NCBI GenBank assembly: GCA_965209155.1
Contig: OZ242383.1
Span: forward strand, 1,408,001 to 1,472,000
Source of the DNA: a bacterium
Lineage (GTDB): Bacteria; SAR324; NAC60-12
Reading direction: 5' to 3'
DNA: 64,000 nt
The notes beneath the pieces were generated by a model. The model had not been told where the DNA came from and did not search any database. It worked only from the letters and a program-made list of their open reading frames with translations. The position numbers were made by a program, and so were the translations under genes. Below are positions 40,079 through 49,588 of this stretch, in pieces (position 1 is the stretch's first letter; the number at the start of each line of letters is the position of its first letter).

Positions 40079-40239
40079 AAAAGGCATATAGCCCCTTCCA
40101 TCCGCTGTTTTAAAGGTATGAGGCCACATCACATCACTGCACCTTGTCGCTCAATACTCAACCTACTCCTCTGCCCACTTAACTACGTGGTAAACTTCCA
40201 AATTGCCGTTTTTGGTATACTTTACTACTGCCATCAACA

Positions 40240-40912
40240 TCGATTCTACAATTATCCATTCTCAGCTCTGGAAGAGGCCTTGGTCAATGCAGTGTATCAT
40301 CGCAGCTATGAAACCAGAGAACCGATCGAAGTCCGAATTTTACCTGACCAAGTCACTATCGCCAGCTATCCTGGTCCTGAGGCGTCTATTAGTTTGAAGG
40401 ATCTGAAGGCTGGACGGTTTCTAGCACGACGTTACCGCAATCGTCGTATTGGAGAGTTCCTGAAAGAATTAAAACTGACTGAAGGGCGTGGAACCGGTAT
40501 TCCAAAAATCAAGCGAGAAGTCAAAAAGAATAGCTCTCCCATGCCAAAGTTCCACACCGATGAAAATCGGAGCTATTTTGTGGTTGAATTCCCCATTAAA
40601 AAAGTAAAGGTCTCTGATGGGGCCCCAGTTAAGGCCCCAGTTAAGGCCCCAGTTGAATTCAGTGGGATTGCCCTGAATACAATAGAATTCAAAATTCTCA
40701 ATCTATGTGAAAAGGGGGTTATTGGACGGAAAAATATCTTGTCTCACTTAGGGTATAAATCTATGTCTGGGAACGTAAAACAGGCATTAAAACGATTAAA
40801 GGAGAACCAATTCATCACTTATACTATTCCTGATAAACCCAAGAGTAGAAACCAGCAGTATACAATCACAGAGAAAGGCAGACTCTTTTTAAAGCAAAAA
40901 CAAAATGACTGA
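40240..40912 (+). pseudogene. AlbA_2-domain gene, 3' part (HATPase-like domain and HTH)
   Basis: EALVNAVYHRSY, RNRRIGEFL, GTGIPKI, PDKPKSRNQQY; 12-bp repeat coding APVK x3. Confidence 0.88.
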
Positions 40913-41005
40913 AAACCGTTGTAAAAAGTATCAACCTTCCTATGTTGTTCCAGAATGCCTGTTGCTTTTCCTGGATAAGCTGAAAACAAAAAAGCAGATT
41001 GACCT

Positions 41006-41293
41006 TCAGCTATTTGGAATAGTATATAAATCCGGCGGACGCACTCTGACCCCGCTCATTTGCTCGAAGATTTCCATAATGACCCCGTATTCTTTGTCTG
41101 CCCATCCATGGGCGAAGCCGGCGAGAAACGTCTGTAGAGCCGACGAGCCAAGCGATAAGGGCACAGACAGGTTCTGGGCCAACTCAGCGGTCAGCTTGAC
41201 ATCTTTGCTGATGATATGCAGCCCCTGGTCGGCAGTCTGCCCGGGCGGCGGTTCGGGACTGCGTGTGGCGATGAGATCGACCGTCCCATCAAA
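41006..41293 (-). pseudogene. beta-hydroxyacid dehydrogenase 3' fragment (paralog of 3917-4822)
   Basis: Matches 3921-4177. Confidence 0.9.
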
Positions 41294-42378
41294 CCATAGC
41301 CATCGCCCCACATCGTTTGTGTTGCTCCTTCAACCCCGATTGGCGCTCCGAGTGCCGGACCAACAAGATGCATAGGAATTGAGACTTCGTCTACCTTTGC
41401 TCCCAAAGACTTCAGGGCGGCAACGGCTGCCTTGAATTTTTCATTAACATCTTTCTCTTCATCATGATGCCGCCGTAGAGTCCCCAAATCACCAGCACGA
41501 AGATCGCCTTCCTGCATGTACCATTCTTTGACCACGGCAATCTTCATGCCTTTTAAACCGTCTTTCCCCTTAAGAGCCTCCGTGTAGCGTTGTGTTTTCA
41601 CATTAGATTGCCTGGAATCATATCCATTCACACCAGCAATCACTTCCAGCATTAACGCGTTGTCCTCGACATTATTTGTCATAGGACCCGTATAATCTAC
41701 ATTCGGTTCACCCGTAAATATGCCTGTATAAGGGACAAGCCCATAGGTAGGCTTCATTCCATATATTCCACAGCAAGCCGCAGGTATTCTAATGGATCCC
41801 CCTTGATCACAACCAATCGCGAGATCGACCTCTCCTGCAGCAACAAGGACAGCACTGCCAGAAGATGATCCGCCTGCCGAATATCCCATTTTATGGGGGT
41901 TATGTACCAGTCCTTTTGCATTGGTATGACTGCCACCAGACGCGCAAAGATTTTCGCAGTGGGCTTTTCCGACAATCGTAGCCCCTGCATCCAAAAGCCG
42001 TGTGACCATCGTCGCATCTATGTCAGGAACATACCCCTCCAAAAGGGAAGTTCCATTCATCATGGGAACACCAGCCAGCATGACGTTATCCTTCAAGACA
42101 ACGGTTTTTCCTTGAAGTTTCCCTTGAGCAGCCCCTTTAACTTCTGTCTTCACATACCAGGCATTATACTGATTTTCTTCACCCCCGGGTTGATAGCTGG
42201 GTGTTCGTGGATACTTAACAAGCGGAAGATTATCAGGCATCGCATCAACCACATTGTAAGCATCTACATGTCCCTGGAGCAGACCCCTATAAGATTCAAC
42301 ATCCGCATCCGTTAAATCCAGCCCCATTTCATCGGCGAGTTCTCGTATTTGTTGCGGTGTTGGTAATTGTACAGCCAT
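41294..42378 (-). pseudogene. Amidase copy 2, 3'-truncated by deletion
   Basis: Matches 7020-8104; fused out of frame to the dehydrogenase fragment. Confidence 0.92.
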
Positions 42379-42410
42379 TTTTTACTTTCCTTAAAAAGTT
42401 TACAAAATTT

Positions 42411-42634
42411 CTGATTATAACGGATTAAGGGGTCTTCAATAATTTCAATGAGTTGGCAGTCCTCAAAGGGCCCATAATCCGTTCTCTTTATAGAAACGGT
42501 AGGGCGGGGTGACGTCCCCGCCAAAACAGGCATGGCCCCCTCTGGCCGGGACGTCACCCCGCCCTACCGTTGTTTCGAGGTTTCGTCAGATCGGCTTTGA
42601 TTTTTGACCCCTCCCTTTAATCCGTTACAATCAG
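42411..42634. mobile_element. MITE with 19-bp IRs, 8-bp TSD and nested GTAG-REP doublet
   Basis: ctgattataacggattaag / tttaatccgttacaatcag; caaaattt on both sides; empty site near 8130; core 42499-42567. Confidence 0.9.
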
Positions 42635-42662
42635 CAAAATTTCTTTCCGCTCCCCTTAGATC

Positions 42663-43714
42663 CTAGCGGTAATAGAGGGAAACGCCCTCGTGGAAAACGT
42701 GAATCTTGGGGGGTTCGGCGGTCAGTTTGACCGAGTTGCCGCGCAACCCTGTGTGAATGCCCGGCAGCTTTGCGAGCACGGTATCCTTGTCCTGCACCCG
42801 GTCAAAGTGGAGCAGGGTCACCTCGCCCAATTCCTCGGTGATGCTCACCTTGCCCTCGAAAATATAATCGCCGTCGGTTTCTACCAAATCCTCCGGCCGA
42901 ACCCCAACGTTGACCTTCAGGCCTTGCTCCGAGCTTCGCGTCTGGGCAGCCGAGACGGCAACCCCGCCGGTATCGAGTTTGATGGTGGTCTGCTCTCCCG
43001 TGCCGACGACTTCGCCGGGAATCAGGTTCATGGCGGGCGAGCCGATGAACTGGGCGACAAACTCGTTTTGGGGCCGGGTATACAGTTCCAACGGTCTGCC
43101 GACCTGACCAATGCGCCCACCGGGGGTGAGTAACACGATGCGGTTCGCCAGGGTCATGGCCTCCACCTGGTCGTGGGTCACCTAGATCATGGTGCTCTCG
43201 GGCATCGACTCCTTGAGCTGGGCAATCTCAATCCGGGTGGCCACCCGCAAGGCGGCATCAAGATTGGAGAGCGGCTCGTCGAACAGGTAAACCTTGGGAT
43301 CACGCACGATCGCGCGACCGATGGCCACCCGCTGACGCTGGCCGCCGGAGAGCGCCTTGGGTAGCCGTTCGAGATAGGGCTCCATCTGGAGCATCCGCGC
43401 GGCCTGCGTGACGGTAGTATTGATCACCTGACGCGACTTCCTGGCAAGCTCGAGGGCAAAGCTCATGTTCTTGCGCACGTTCATGTGCGGATACAACCCA
43501 TAGGACTGGAAGACCATCGCGATACCACGCTGGGCCGGTGGCACATCATTGACGACCTGCCCTTCGATCTCCAGTGTGCCCGACGTGATGGTCTCGAGTC
43601 CGGCGATCATGCGTAAAAGGGTTGTCTTGCCACAGCTCGACGGCCCGAGTAAGACGATCAGTTCACCCTGCTCGATATCCAGATTGATATCCTCGAGGGC
43701 CTTGACGGCTCCTC
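42663..43714 (-). pseudogene. Sugar ABC ATPase copy 3
   Basis: 5' truncated; TAC>TAG stop at 43182-43184; Walker A GPSSCGKT. Confidence 0.92.
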
Positions 43715-43820
43715 GTGCTAAGCGCTCTTGCTTTTATTGCTCTCGTTCTTTTTCAAAGAGTTGACTGGCTTCTTGAAGAGCCTGGAGGTGGGGAATTTCG
43801 GAAGATACCTGAATAGTTAG
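43715..43820 (-). mobile_element. IS66 end relic
   Basis: Matches 7-88 and 14765-14840; ends in the IR-like cctgaatagtta. Confidence 0.8.
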
Positions 43821-43859
43821 CAAAAATATTTCTGTTGGCAACTGTCGAAAATTCAAGTC

Positions 43860-44939
43860 TCAAGCAAAGAGATTGCCATTCGCAATTTGGATTGTTTTTC
43901 CATGGTGTATCAAATCGGTAGGAACAATTGTTGAGGTGATGAAAATCTGGTTTTTCAATTCCTTGAAAAATTGTAAAACGTTCTCGTTCACGCCGGGGTC
44001 TAATTCTGAGAACAGATCATCGAAAATGAGTACGGGATAAAAACCATATCTCTCTGATAATAGTTGATTTATTGACATTTTTAAAGATAAATTAGTGACG
44101 CGTAATTCTCCTTGTGAAAAAAAGTCACGATCAGCTCGATCATCCAGAAATAAGCGATAATCGTCTCGGTGGGGTCCCAGGAGGGCATACCCGTATTTCA
44201 GTTCTCTTTCCATAATTTTTTGTAGCATTTCATTCATGGATTGGGGACACTTGTCACACCCTTCTCCGAAAGAAGGTTGGTAAACCAACAGCAGTTTTTC
44301 CGGTCTCCCTGTCATTTTCTTAAAAAAACCGCTCAAATCGCGATTGATTGCTTGAACGAAATCGTATCTCCGCCTGATCACTTTTTGACTGGATTTCAAA
44401 AGTAGTTCGTTCCAAAGGGGAATTTGAGAAATTTCTTTTCTTTTCAAGAGGGCATTTTTCTGTTCTAAAACTTGATTCAATTCTTGTATATCAGAAAAAT
44501 ATGAGGCATCGACGAATGAAAGGGTTCGGTCAAAAAAGCGTCTCCTTTCATAAGGATGCGCACGAAACAAAGGTATATCTTCCGGTGTGAAGGCGAGAGA
44601 AAAAAAAGAAAAGATATGCTCTGACGCTTTGCGAGAGAATTTCTGGTTCAGTAAAACTTTTTTCCCTTTTTTGAAAAGGTTGATTTGAACAGAGAAAAGA
44701 ACGTTGTTGCGCTCCACTGATGACTTGATTAAAGCAAATTCATTTTTTTCCTGTAAAAGTGGTAGGATTTTATGCGTACGGAAAGAATCCAGGTTGCAGA
44801 GATAATACAAGGCCTCAACAAGATTCGTCTTTCCTTGTCCGTTACCTCCCCATATAAAATTCATTTGAGGGGAAAACTCAATTTTCAGATGAGTATAATT
44901 ACGAAAATGGTGCAGTTCCAAGGCATGGATTACCATCAA
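43860..44939 (-). CDS. recF: DNA replication/repair protein RecF
   Basis: FRNY, GGNGQGKTN, GPHRDD, SQGE, DDLFSELD. Confidence 0.95.
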   Translation of the reverse strand: MMVIHALELHHFRNYTHLKIEFSPQMNFIWGGNGQGKTNLVEALYYLCNLDSFRTHKILPLLQEKNEFALIKSSVERNNVLFSVQINLFKKGKKVLLNQKFSRKASEHIFSFFSLAFTPEDIPLFRAHPYERRRFFDRTLSFVDASYFSDIQELNQVLEQKNALLKRKEISQIPLWNELLLKSSQKVIRRRYDFVQAINRDLSGFFKKMTGRPEKLLLVYQPSFGEGCDKCPQSMNEMLQKIMERELKYGYALLGPHRDDYRLFLDDRADRDFFSQGELRVTNLSLKMSINQLLSERYGFYPVLIFDDLFSELDPGVNENVLQFFKELKNQIFITSTIVPTDLIHHGKTIQIANGNLFA

Positions 44940-45027
44940 ACTTCCCTTTGTCGCAACAGGAAGTCTTTTGATTTTTCAACATCATTACCATTCATCCGAT
45001 TTGCCAATTCTTCAATTTTCTCGGAAT

Positions 45028-46167
45028 TCACCATTCGATTCGTAAAGGCATGATCACGGAAAGAAAGGAATCATCCGCAGGGTCTTTGATCACGCAAGGA
45101 CTCATGGCATTCTTGAATTCCAATCGAATCTCCTCACCAGCGAGCACATTCAATACATCCAATAAATACCTGGCATTGAAACCAATCTGGAATTCTTCTC
45201 CGCTATGATCGATTAATATTTCATCCCGCACCTCGCCATATTCCGCTTTTTCACTTTCCAAAATCAACTTTTCGGGTGCAATCGTCACTTTGACGGGCTT
45301 CAGTTTTTCAGTACTGATCAATGAAACAATCCTTAAAGAGCTGATCAATCGTTCTCGGTCTACTATGATGGAAAAATCATTGTTTTTGGGAATGATCGGA
45401 TCGGTATTGGGGAACTTTCCTTCAATCAACCGTGTCTGGATGGTAAAGCGTGAACTGAAAAATTGCAGCGTTCGATCATCAAAAGAAATTTCCACGGGAT
45501 CAATAAAAAGATCGGCTGCTTTACTGACTTCCTGCAATGCTTTTCTCGGAATAATTATTTCGAATACGTTCTCAGATTTCGTAGAAGTCACGCTTCCTAC
45601 GCACTCGGCCAATCGATGACCGTCCGTTGCAAGCCATCTTGTCGTCTTTTCATCCTTTATCGACAGGCACACCCCCATCAAATTCCTCCGGGATTCATTG
45701 GTCTGGGCAGCAAACAAGGTATATTCAATAAAATGTTTCAAATCCTCAGCGGTCGTGACTACTTTTTCAGGTAAATTCTCTAAATTCGCCTGGGGATAAA
45801 GACCCACGTCGATCGAAGGCAGTTTAAGTTCGGAAACACCACTCGTAACATGAATCCACAGTTGGTCCGTCGATTTGATGTGGATTTGTTGTCCAGGAAA
45901 TTCCCGGCAAATATCATACATTCTACGCGCGCTGATACAGACGCTGCCATGCTCGACCACCTCAGCAGGAAATTTTCCAATGACTGTGATTTCATAATCA
46001 GTGGAAGAAAATTCAACGCAACTTTCACCATCTATTCCATGTTCTTCGTCCAATGATTTGAGTAAGAAATTGGATAGAATGGGTTTGGCGGTACTTTTAT
46101 CCGTTATGGATTGGATGGATTGTAAAGCGCCGATTAATACTTCTTTTTCAATTAGGATTTCCATCAT
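45028..46167 (-). CDS. dnaN: DNA polymerase III beta clamp
   Basis: ATDGHRLA, RLIEGKFP, GFNARYLLD, VIMPLR. Confidence 0.97.
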   Translation of the reverse strand: MMEILIEKEVLIGALQSIQSITDKSTAKPILSNFLLKSLDEEHGIDGESCVEFSSTDYEITVIGKFPAEVVEHGSVCISARRMYDICREFPGQQIHIKSTDQLWIHVTSGVSELKLPSIDVGLYPQANLENLPEKVVTTAEDLKHFIEYTLFAAQTNESRRNLMGVCLSIKDEKTTRWLATDGHRLAECVGSVTSTKSENVFEIIIPRKALQEVSKAADLFIDPVEISFDDRTLQFFSSRFTIQTRLIEGKFPNTDPIIPKNNDFSIIVDRERLISSLRIVSLISTEKLKPVKVTIAPEKLILESEKAEYGEVRDEILIDHSGEEFQIGFNARYLLDVLNVLAGEEIRLEFKNAMSPCVIKDPADDSFLSVIMPLRIEW

Positions 46168-46171
46168 TTAC

Positions 46172-46487
46172 CTTATAGTAGTAGTAGGAAAGACTATAAG
46201 CTTAATGTTTTTTCAAGTTATTGATATTGAAGAATAATTTTTAGAGAAAAATTGTTACATTTTTTCAATCAAAATGTAATTTAAACAAATTTGAAAATAA
46301 TTTCGGGAGATTTCACGGAAACTTTGTATGATCTTTAAAGTTTAATCAATTTATGAACATTAATTACCAACTTCGAAACAACAAAAACCACTGATCTGGT
46401 CTTGAAGGATTTCTTTTGGAATGGTGAAAAATTTTTCAGAAAGTTACTGGAATCCAAGTTGCGAGCATACAACAAATTGCTCGTTTT
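46172..46487. promoter_or_regulatory. Candidate replication-origin region
   Basis: (TAG)4 at 46176-46187, IHF consensus at 46214-46226, AT-rich; only degenerate DnaA boxes. Confidence 0.4.
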
Positions 46488-47111
46488 TCATACAAAAATT
46501 TTCTTTACCCAGCTCGTTTCGCCTTTTCCTTGTCGAACCACAACCGGTGGAGAAATGGTGAAGTCCATGATAGTTGAATATTCTGCAAATATGGTCCCTC
46601 CGTCTATCACAAGATCTACCTGTTTTTTATACTCTTCATGCAAAAGGGTTGCGTCGTTGTACAAAGTATCTTCGGAAGTGAGTAAACTGGTGCTCAGGAT
46701 TGGATGTCCCAATGTTTCCACGAGTTTTATGGCAATGGAATGATCCGGCCATCGGCACCCCAGGGTTTTTCGCCTCGTCAGCATCATTTGCGGAACCACC
46801 TTGGATGCATTGAAAATAAAGGTGTAGGGCCCTGGCAAATAACGCCGTATTATCCTGAAAATATGCGTTGGAATTCCTTGAGTGTATTCTTGAATTTGAC
46901 TGTCACTGCTGCAGATGAAGCTCATGGGTTTTTTGGGATCCCTGTTTTTTATCTGACATATTCGTGTCATTGCCTTTTTACTGAATATGCTGCATCCAAG
47001 ACCATAAACCGTATCTGTAGGATAAATAATCACTCCGTCATCATTCAGAATGGAAACGGTTCTCTCAATCAAGCGTTGCTGGGGACTTAAAGGGTTGATA
47101 GTCAGTAGCAT
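46488..47111 (-). CDS. Sua5/YciO/YrdC family protein
   Basis: IYPTDTVYGLGC, LPGPYTFI, LSTS. Confidence 0.92.
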   Translation of the reverse strand: MLLTINPLSPQQRLIERTVSILNDDGVIIYPTDTVYGLGCSIFSKKAMTRICQIKNRDPKKPMSFICSSDSQIQEYTQGIPTHIFRIIRRYLPGPYTFIFNASKVVPQMMLTRRKTLGCRWPDHSIAIKLVETLGHPILSTSLLTSEDTLYNDATLLHEEYKKQVDLVIDGGTIFAEYSTIMDFTISPPVVVRQGKGETSWVKKIFV

Positions 47112-47130
47112 AAGACTAATTGGCATTCGG

Positions 47131-47610
47131 TTAGAAATGGAGGATGCGGTTAAGCGCATCATAAATCACAATGGCAGCCGCGGAGGACAAATTCAGGCTG
47201 CGTATGCGGGAATTCCACATGGGAATGGTATAGCAACGATCCGTGAATTGTGAAAGCCAGCGTTTGGGAAGCCCGGAAGTTTCTTTGCCAAAAAAATAAT
47301 AGTCACTTTTTTGAGGCACGCATCGGGTGTACGGACGATTGCAGTGGACCGTCAACAGGTGAAATTGTTCGGGAAGCAGTGAGTCAATGAATGATTGCGC
47401 GTCGAGTCGATGTTCCCAACTGACAAATTGCCAATAATCGAGCCCTGCGCGTTTGAGATATCGATCCGAGAGGTCAAACCCCAACTCTCCCAACAAAATG
47501 AGGTGACATTGCGTAGCAGCGCAAAGTCGGGCGATATTGCCTGTATTTGGAGGAATTTGAGGTTCAACCAATACGACATTCAATTGAGGAGAAGACAACA
47601 ATCTCATCAT
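47131..47610 (-). CDS. trmL: tRNA (cytidine/uridine-2'-O)-methyltransferase TrmL
   Basis: PQIPPNTGNIAR, RAGLDYW, FGKETSGL, RSLNLS. Confidence 0.93.
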   Translation of the reverse strand: MMRLLSSPQLNVVLVEPQIPPNTGNIARLCAATQCHLILLGELGFDLSDRYLKRAGLDYWQFVSWEHRLDAQSFIDSLLPEQFHLLTVHCNRPYTRCVPQKSDYYFFGKETSGLPKRWLSQFTDRCYTIPMWNSRIRSLNLSSAAAIVIYDALNRILHF

Positions 47611-48707
47611 CTCTGCTTTTCAAGAATAAGCAACTGCTTTTCATTTTGAAATCGTTCAAGTGCCAATTCAATCAAGCGTTCCAGCAATTTTCTTTGAGAG
47701 AGTCCTGAAGCTTCCCACAATTTAGGATACATGCTGATATTTGTAAATCCGGGGAGAGTGTTCGCTTCATTGACAATAAAAGAACCATCGTCCCTGACAA
47801 AGAAGTCGACTCGCGTCATCCCTTCACATTCCAGGATATCGCAGACTGATAATGCCGCCTGACGCAAATTTTGAACAACTTCCGCCGGCAGTTGAGCAGG
47901 AACAAACAATTTTGCTCCATCTTCCAGGACATACTTTGCGTCATAAGAATAAAACTCGTCCAGGGGAACGATTTCTCCCAAAGCTGCAGAGGCATGAGAA
48001 ACAGCATTTCCTAAAACAGAACATTCAATTTCTCGTCCTTCCACTGCCTGTTCTATTAAGACTTTGCGATCATACTGAAAGGCTTTGTCGATTGCCCGTT
48101 CAAATCCAGCAGCGTCCGAAATTTTGGAGATTCCCAGAGAAGAACCCAACCTGCCGGGTTTGATGAAAAGAGGAATTCCCAATTGTTCGGTTGCCTCTCT
48201 GAAAGTGATTTTTTGATGTTTTTTAACAGCAATAAAAGGAGTGACCGGCAATCCCTTATCTCTTAAGAGACGCTTGCTGATATCCTTGTCCATGCAAATC
48301 GCGGATCCTGTCACGTCGGCTCCTACAAAAGGCACTTGCAAAGTACGTAAAAATCCCTGCAGCGTCCCATCCTCTCCATGAGGTCCATGCGTGATAGGAA
48401 AAAAAACATCAATTTTTGCCAGACATTCCCCCGTCTCTTTTTCAATCAAGTGGCCACCATTGAGGGGTACTACCATTGGTTTCGCATCGTTTAACGAGAC
48501 TTGTTGAATATCCTCGGGGTGGTGAAGGAAACCTTCATCCCAGCTCAAATGCCATTTCCCTGATTGCTCGATACCGATCACTGCCACATTGAATTTTTCG
48601 GGATCGAGGTTCTTTTGAATGTTCAAACCCGAGATCAAAGAAACTCTGTGCTCTCCGCTACGACCGCCGCATAAGATCCCAACCGTGATTTTTTCATCGA
48701 ACTTCAT
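47607..48707 (-). CDS. ddl: D-alanine--D-alanine ligase
   Basis: GGRSGEH, HGPHGEDG, GSSLG, EANTLPGFT. Confidence 0.96.
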   Translation of the reverse strand: MKFDEKITVGILCGGRSGEHRVSLISGLNIQKNLDPEKFNVAVIGIEQSGKWHLSWDEGFLHHPEDIQQVSLNDAKPMVVPLNGGHLIEKETGECLAKIDVFFPITHGPHGEDGTLQGFLRTLQVPFVGADVTGSAICMDKDISKRLLRDKGLPVTPFIAVKKHQKITFREATEQLGIPLFIKPGRLGSSLGISKISDAAGFERAIDKAFQYDRKVLIEQAVEGREIECSVLGNAVSHASAALGEIVPLDEFYSYDAKYVLEDGAKLFVPAQLPAEVVQNLRQAALSVCDILECEGMTRVDFFVRDDGSFIVNEANTLPGFTNISMYPKLWEASGLSQRKLLERLIELALERFQNEKQLLILEKQR

Positions 48708-48853
48708 AAAAACTATCCAGGTAAGTAAGGAGGGTATAAATTGTTTCCAAGTCAATGCAAAATCGTGTAGACTGAAATATTTCACCCCAATGATTCCGTT
48801 TTGGAATGAATTCCAGAATATCCTGATAGTCGGAAGATAATCAAATCAATTCA

Positions 48854-49114
48854 ATGGCAATTGCTCGCAGGAAAGGCCTATCCATGAAAGGATTTAAATT
48901 GGAAAGCAAGTGGATTCAGTTCAGTGCCATGGGTTTGGAATTGGGACTTTCCGTCATCGTCGGGCTGCTTATCGGAAATTTTCTGGATGGACAATTTGGC
49001 ACTGAGCCCTGGCTGCTTTTGTTATTTCTTATTTTTGGACTCATTGCAGGATTCCGCAGCGTTTTCCGCCTCCTGAAAAAACTGAACTCTACAGAAAACA
49101 CCACTCCATCATAG
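48854..49114 (+). CDS. AtpZ/AtpI family protein
   Basis: GLLIGNFLD..FGTEPWL; first gene of the atp block. Confidence 0.85.
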   Translation: MAIARRKGLSMKGFKLESKWIQFSAMGLELGLSVIVGLLIGNFLDGQFGTEPWLLLLFLIFGLIAGFRSVFRLLKKLNSTENTTPS

Positions 49115-49125
49115 ATAGTCAATCC

Positions 49126-49554
49126 ATGGACAGTGAAAAACATTTCAATGGCTATCCACCCGATGAATCCGGTAATCCGCTGTCAACCGCAGCCGTGAGC
49201 GAAATCACATTTATTTTGATTACGGTGAGTTTGTTGATTGTCTTGGGAACCGCATTTTTCAAAGTTGACTTTGTACCCGGAGTCTTGTTAGGGTGTCTTG
49301 TCGTCGTTTTAAACTTTTACCTCACACGCCGGATTCTCTCGAGGCTTATGATGTTCAAAGATTTGAAACGGCGGATGCTGGTTCTGTATCTCTTCAAATT
49401 GGGTTTATCCGGAATCGTCTTATACTTGGCAATTGTTCAATTTCGTCTACCCGGACTTGCAATATTGATCGGTTTGTCGAATATATTGATTACCATGTTG
49501 GTTTTTGCGATTAAACGCACCTTGTTTCCTTCTCTTCAAATTCCCAGGAGTTGA
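49126..49554 (+). CDS. atpI: ATP synthase protein I
   Basis: Four hydrophobic segments; located before atpB. Confidence 0.75.
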   Translation: MDSEKHFNGYPPDESGNPLSTAAVSEITFILITVSLLIVLGTAFFKVDFVPGVLLGCLVVVLNFYLTRRILSRLMMFKDLKRRMLVLYLFKLGLSGIVLYLAIVQFRLPGLAILIGLSNILITMLVFAIKRTLFPSLQIPRS

Positions 49555-49588
49555 AGCAGAACGCATTGAGGAAGAAATCAGGAAATTC

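Larger units (their letters stand above)
36529..40239 (+). mobile_element. IS21-family element (3711 bp) with two accessory ORFs
   Basis: TGTTAACGCC...CCATCAACA ends, 5-bp TSD TCGAT (36524-36528 and 40240-40244), istA-istB. Confidence 0.95.

Noticed and set aside
40118..40239. N-terminus of the 264-aa ORF
   Set aside because: Read-in from the IS21 right end; real coding resumes at 40240
40905..41375. 156-aa plus-strand ORF
   Set aside because: Chimera of a short stub and the antisense of the dehydrogenase fragment
6545..42378. Diversity-generating retroelement behind paralog variation
   Set aside because: No reverse transcriptase or template repeat; changes are not adenine-specific
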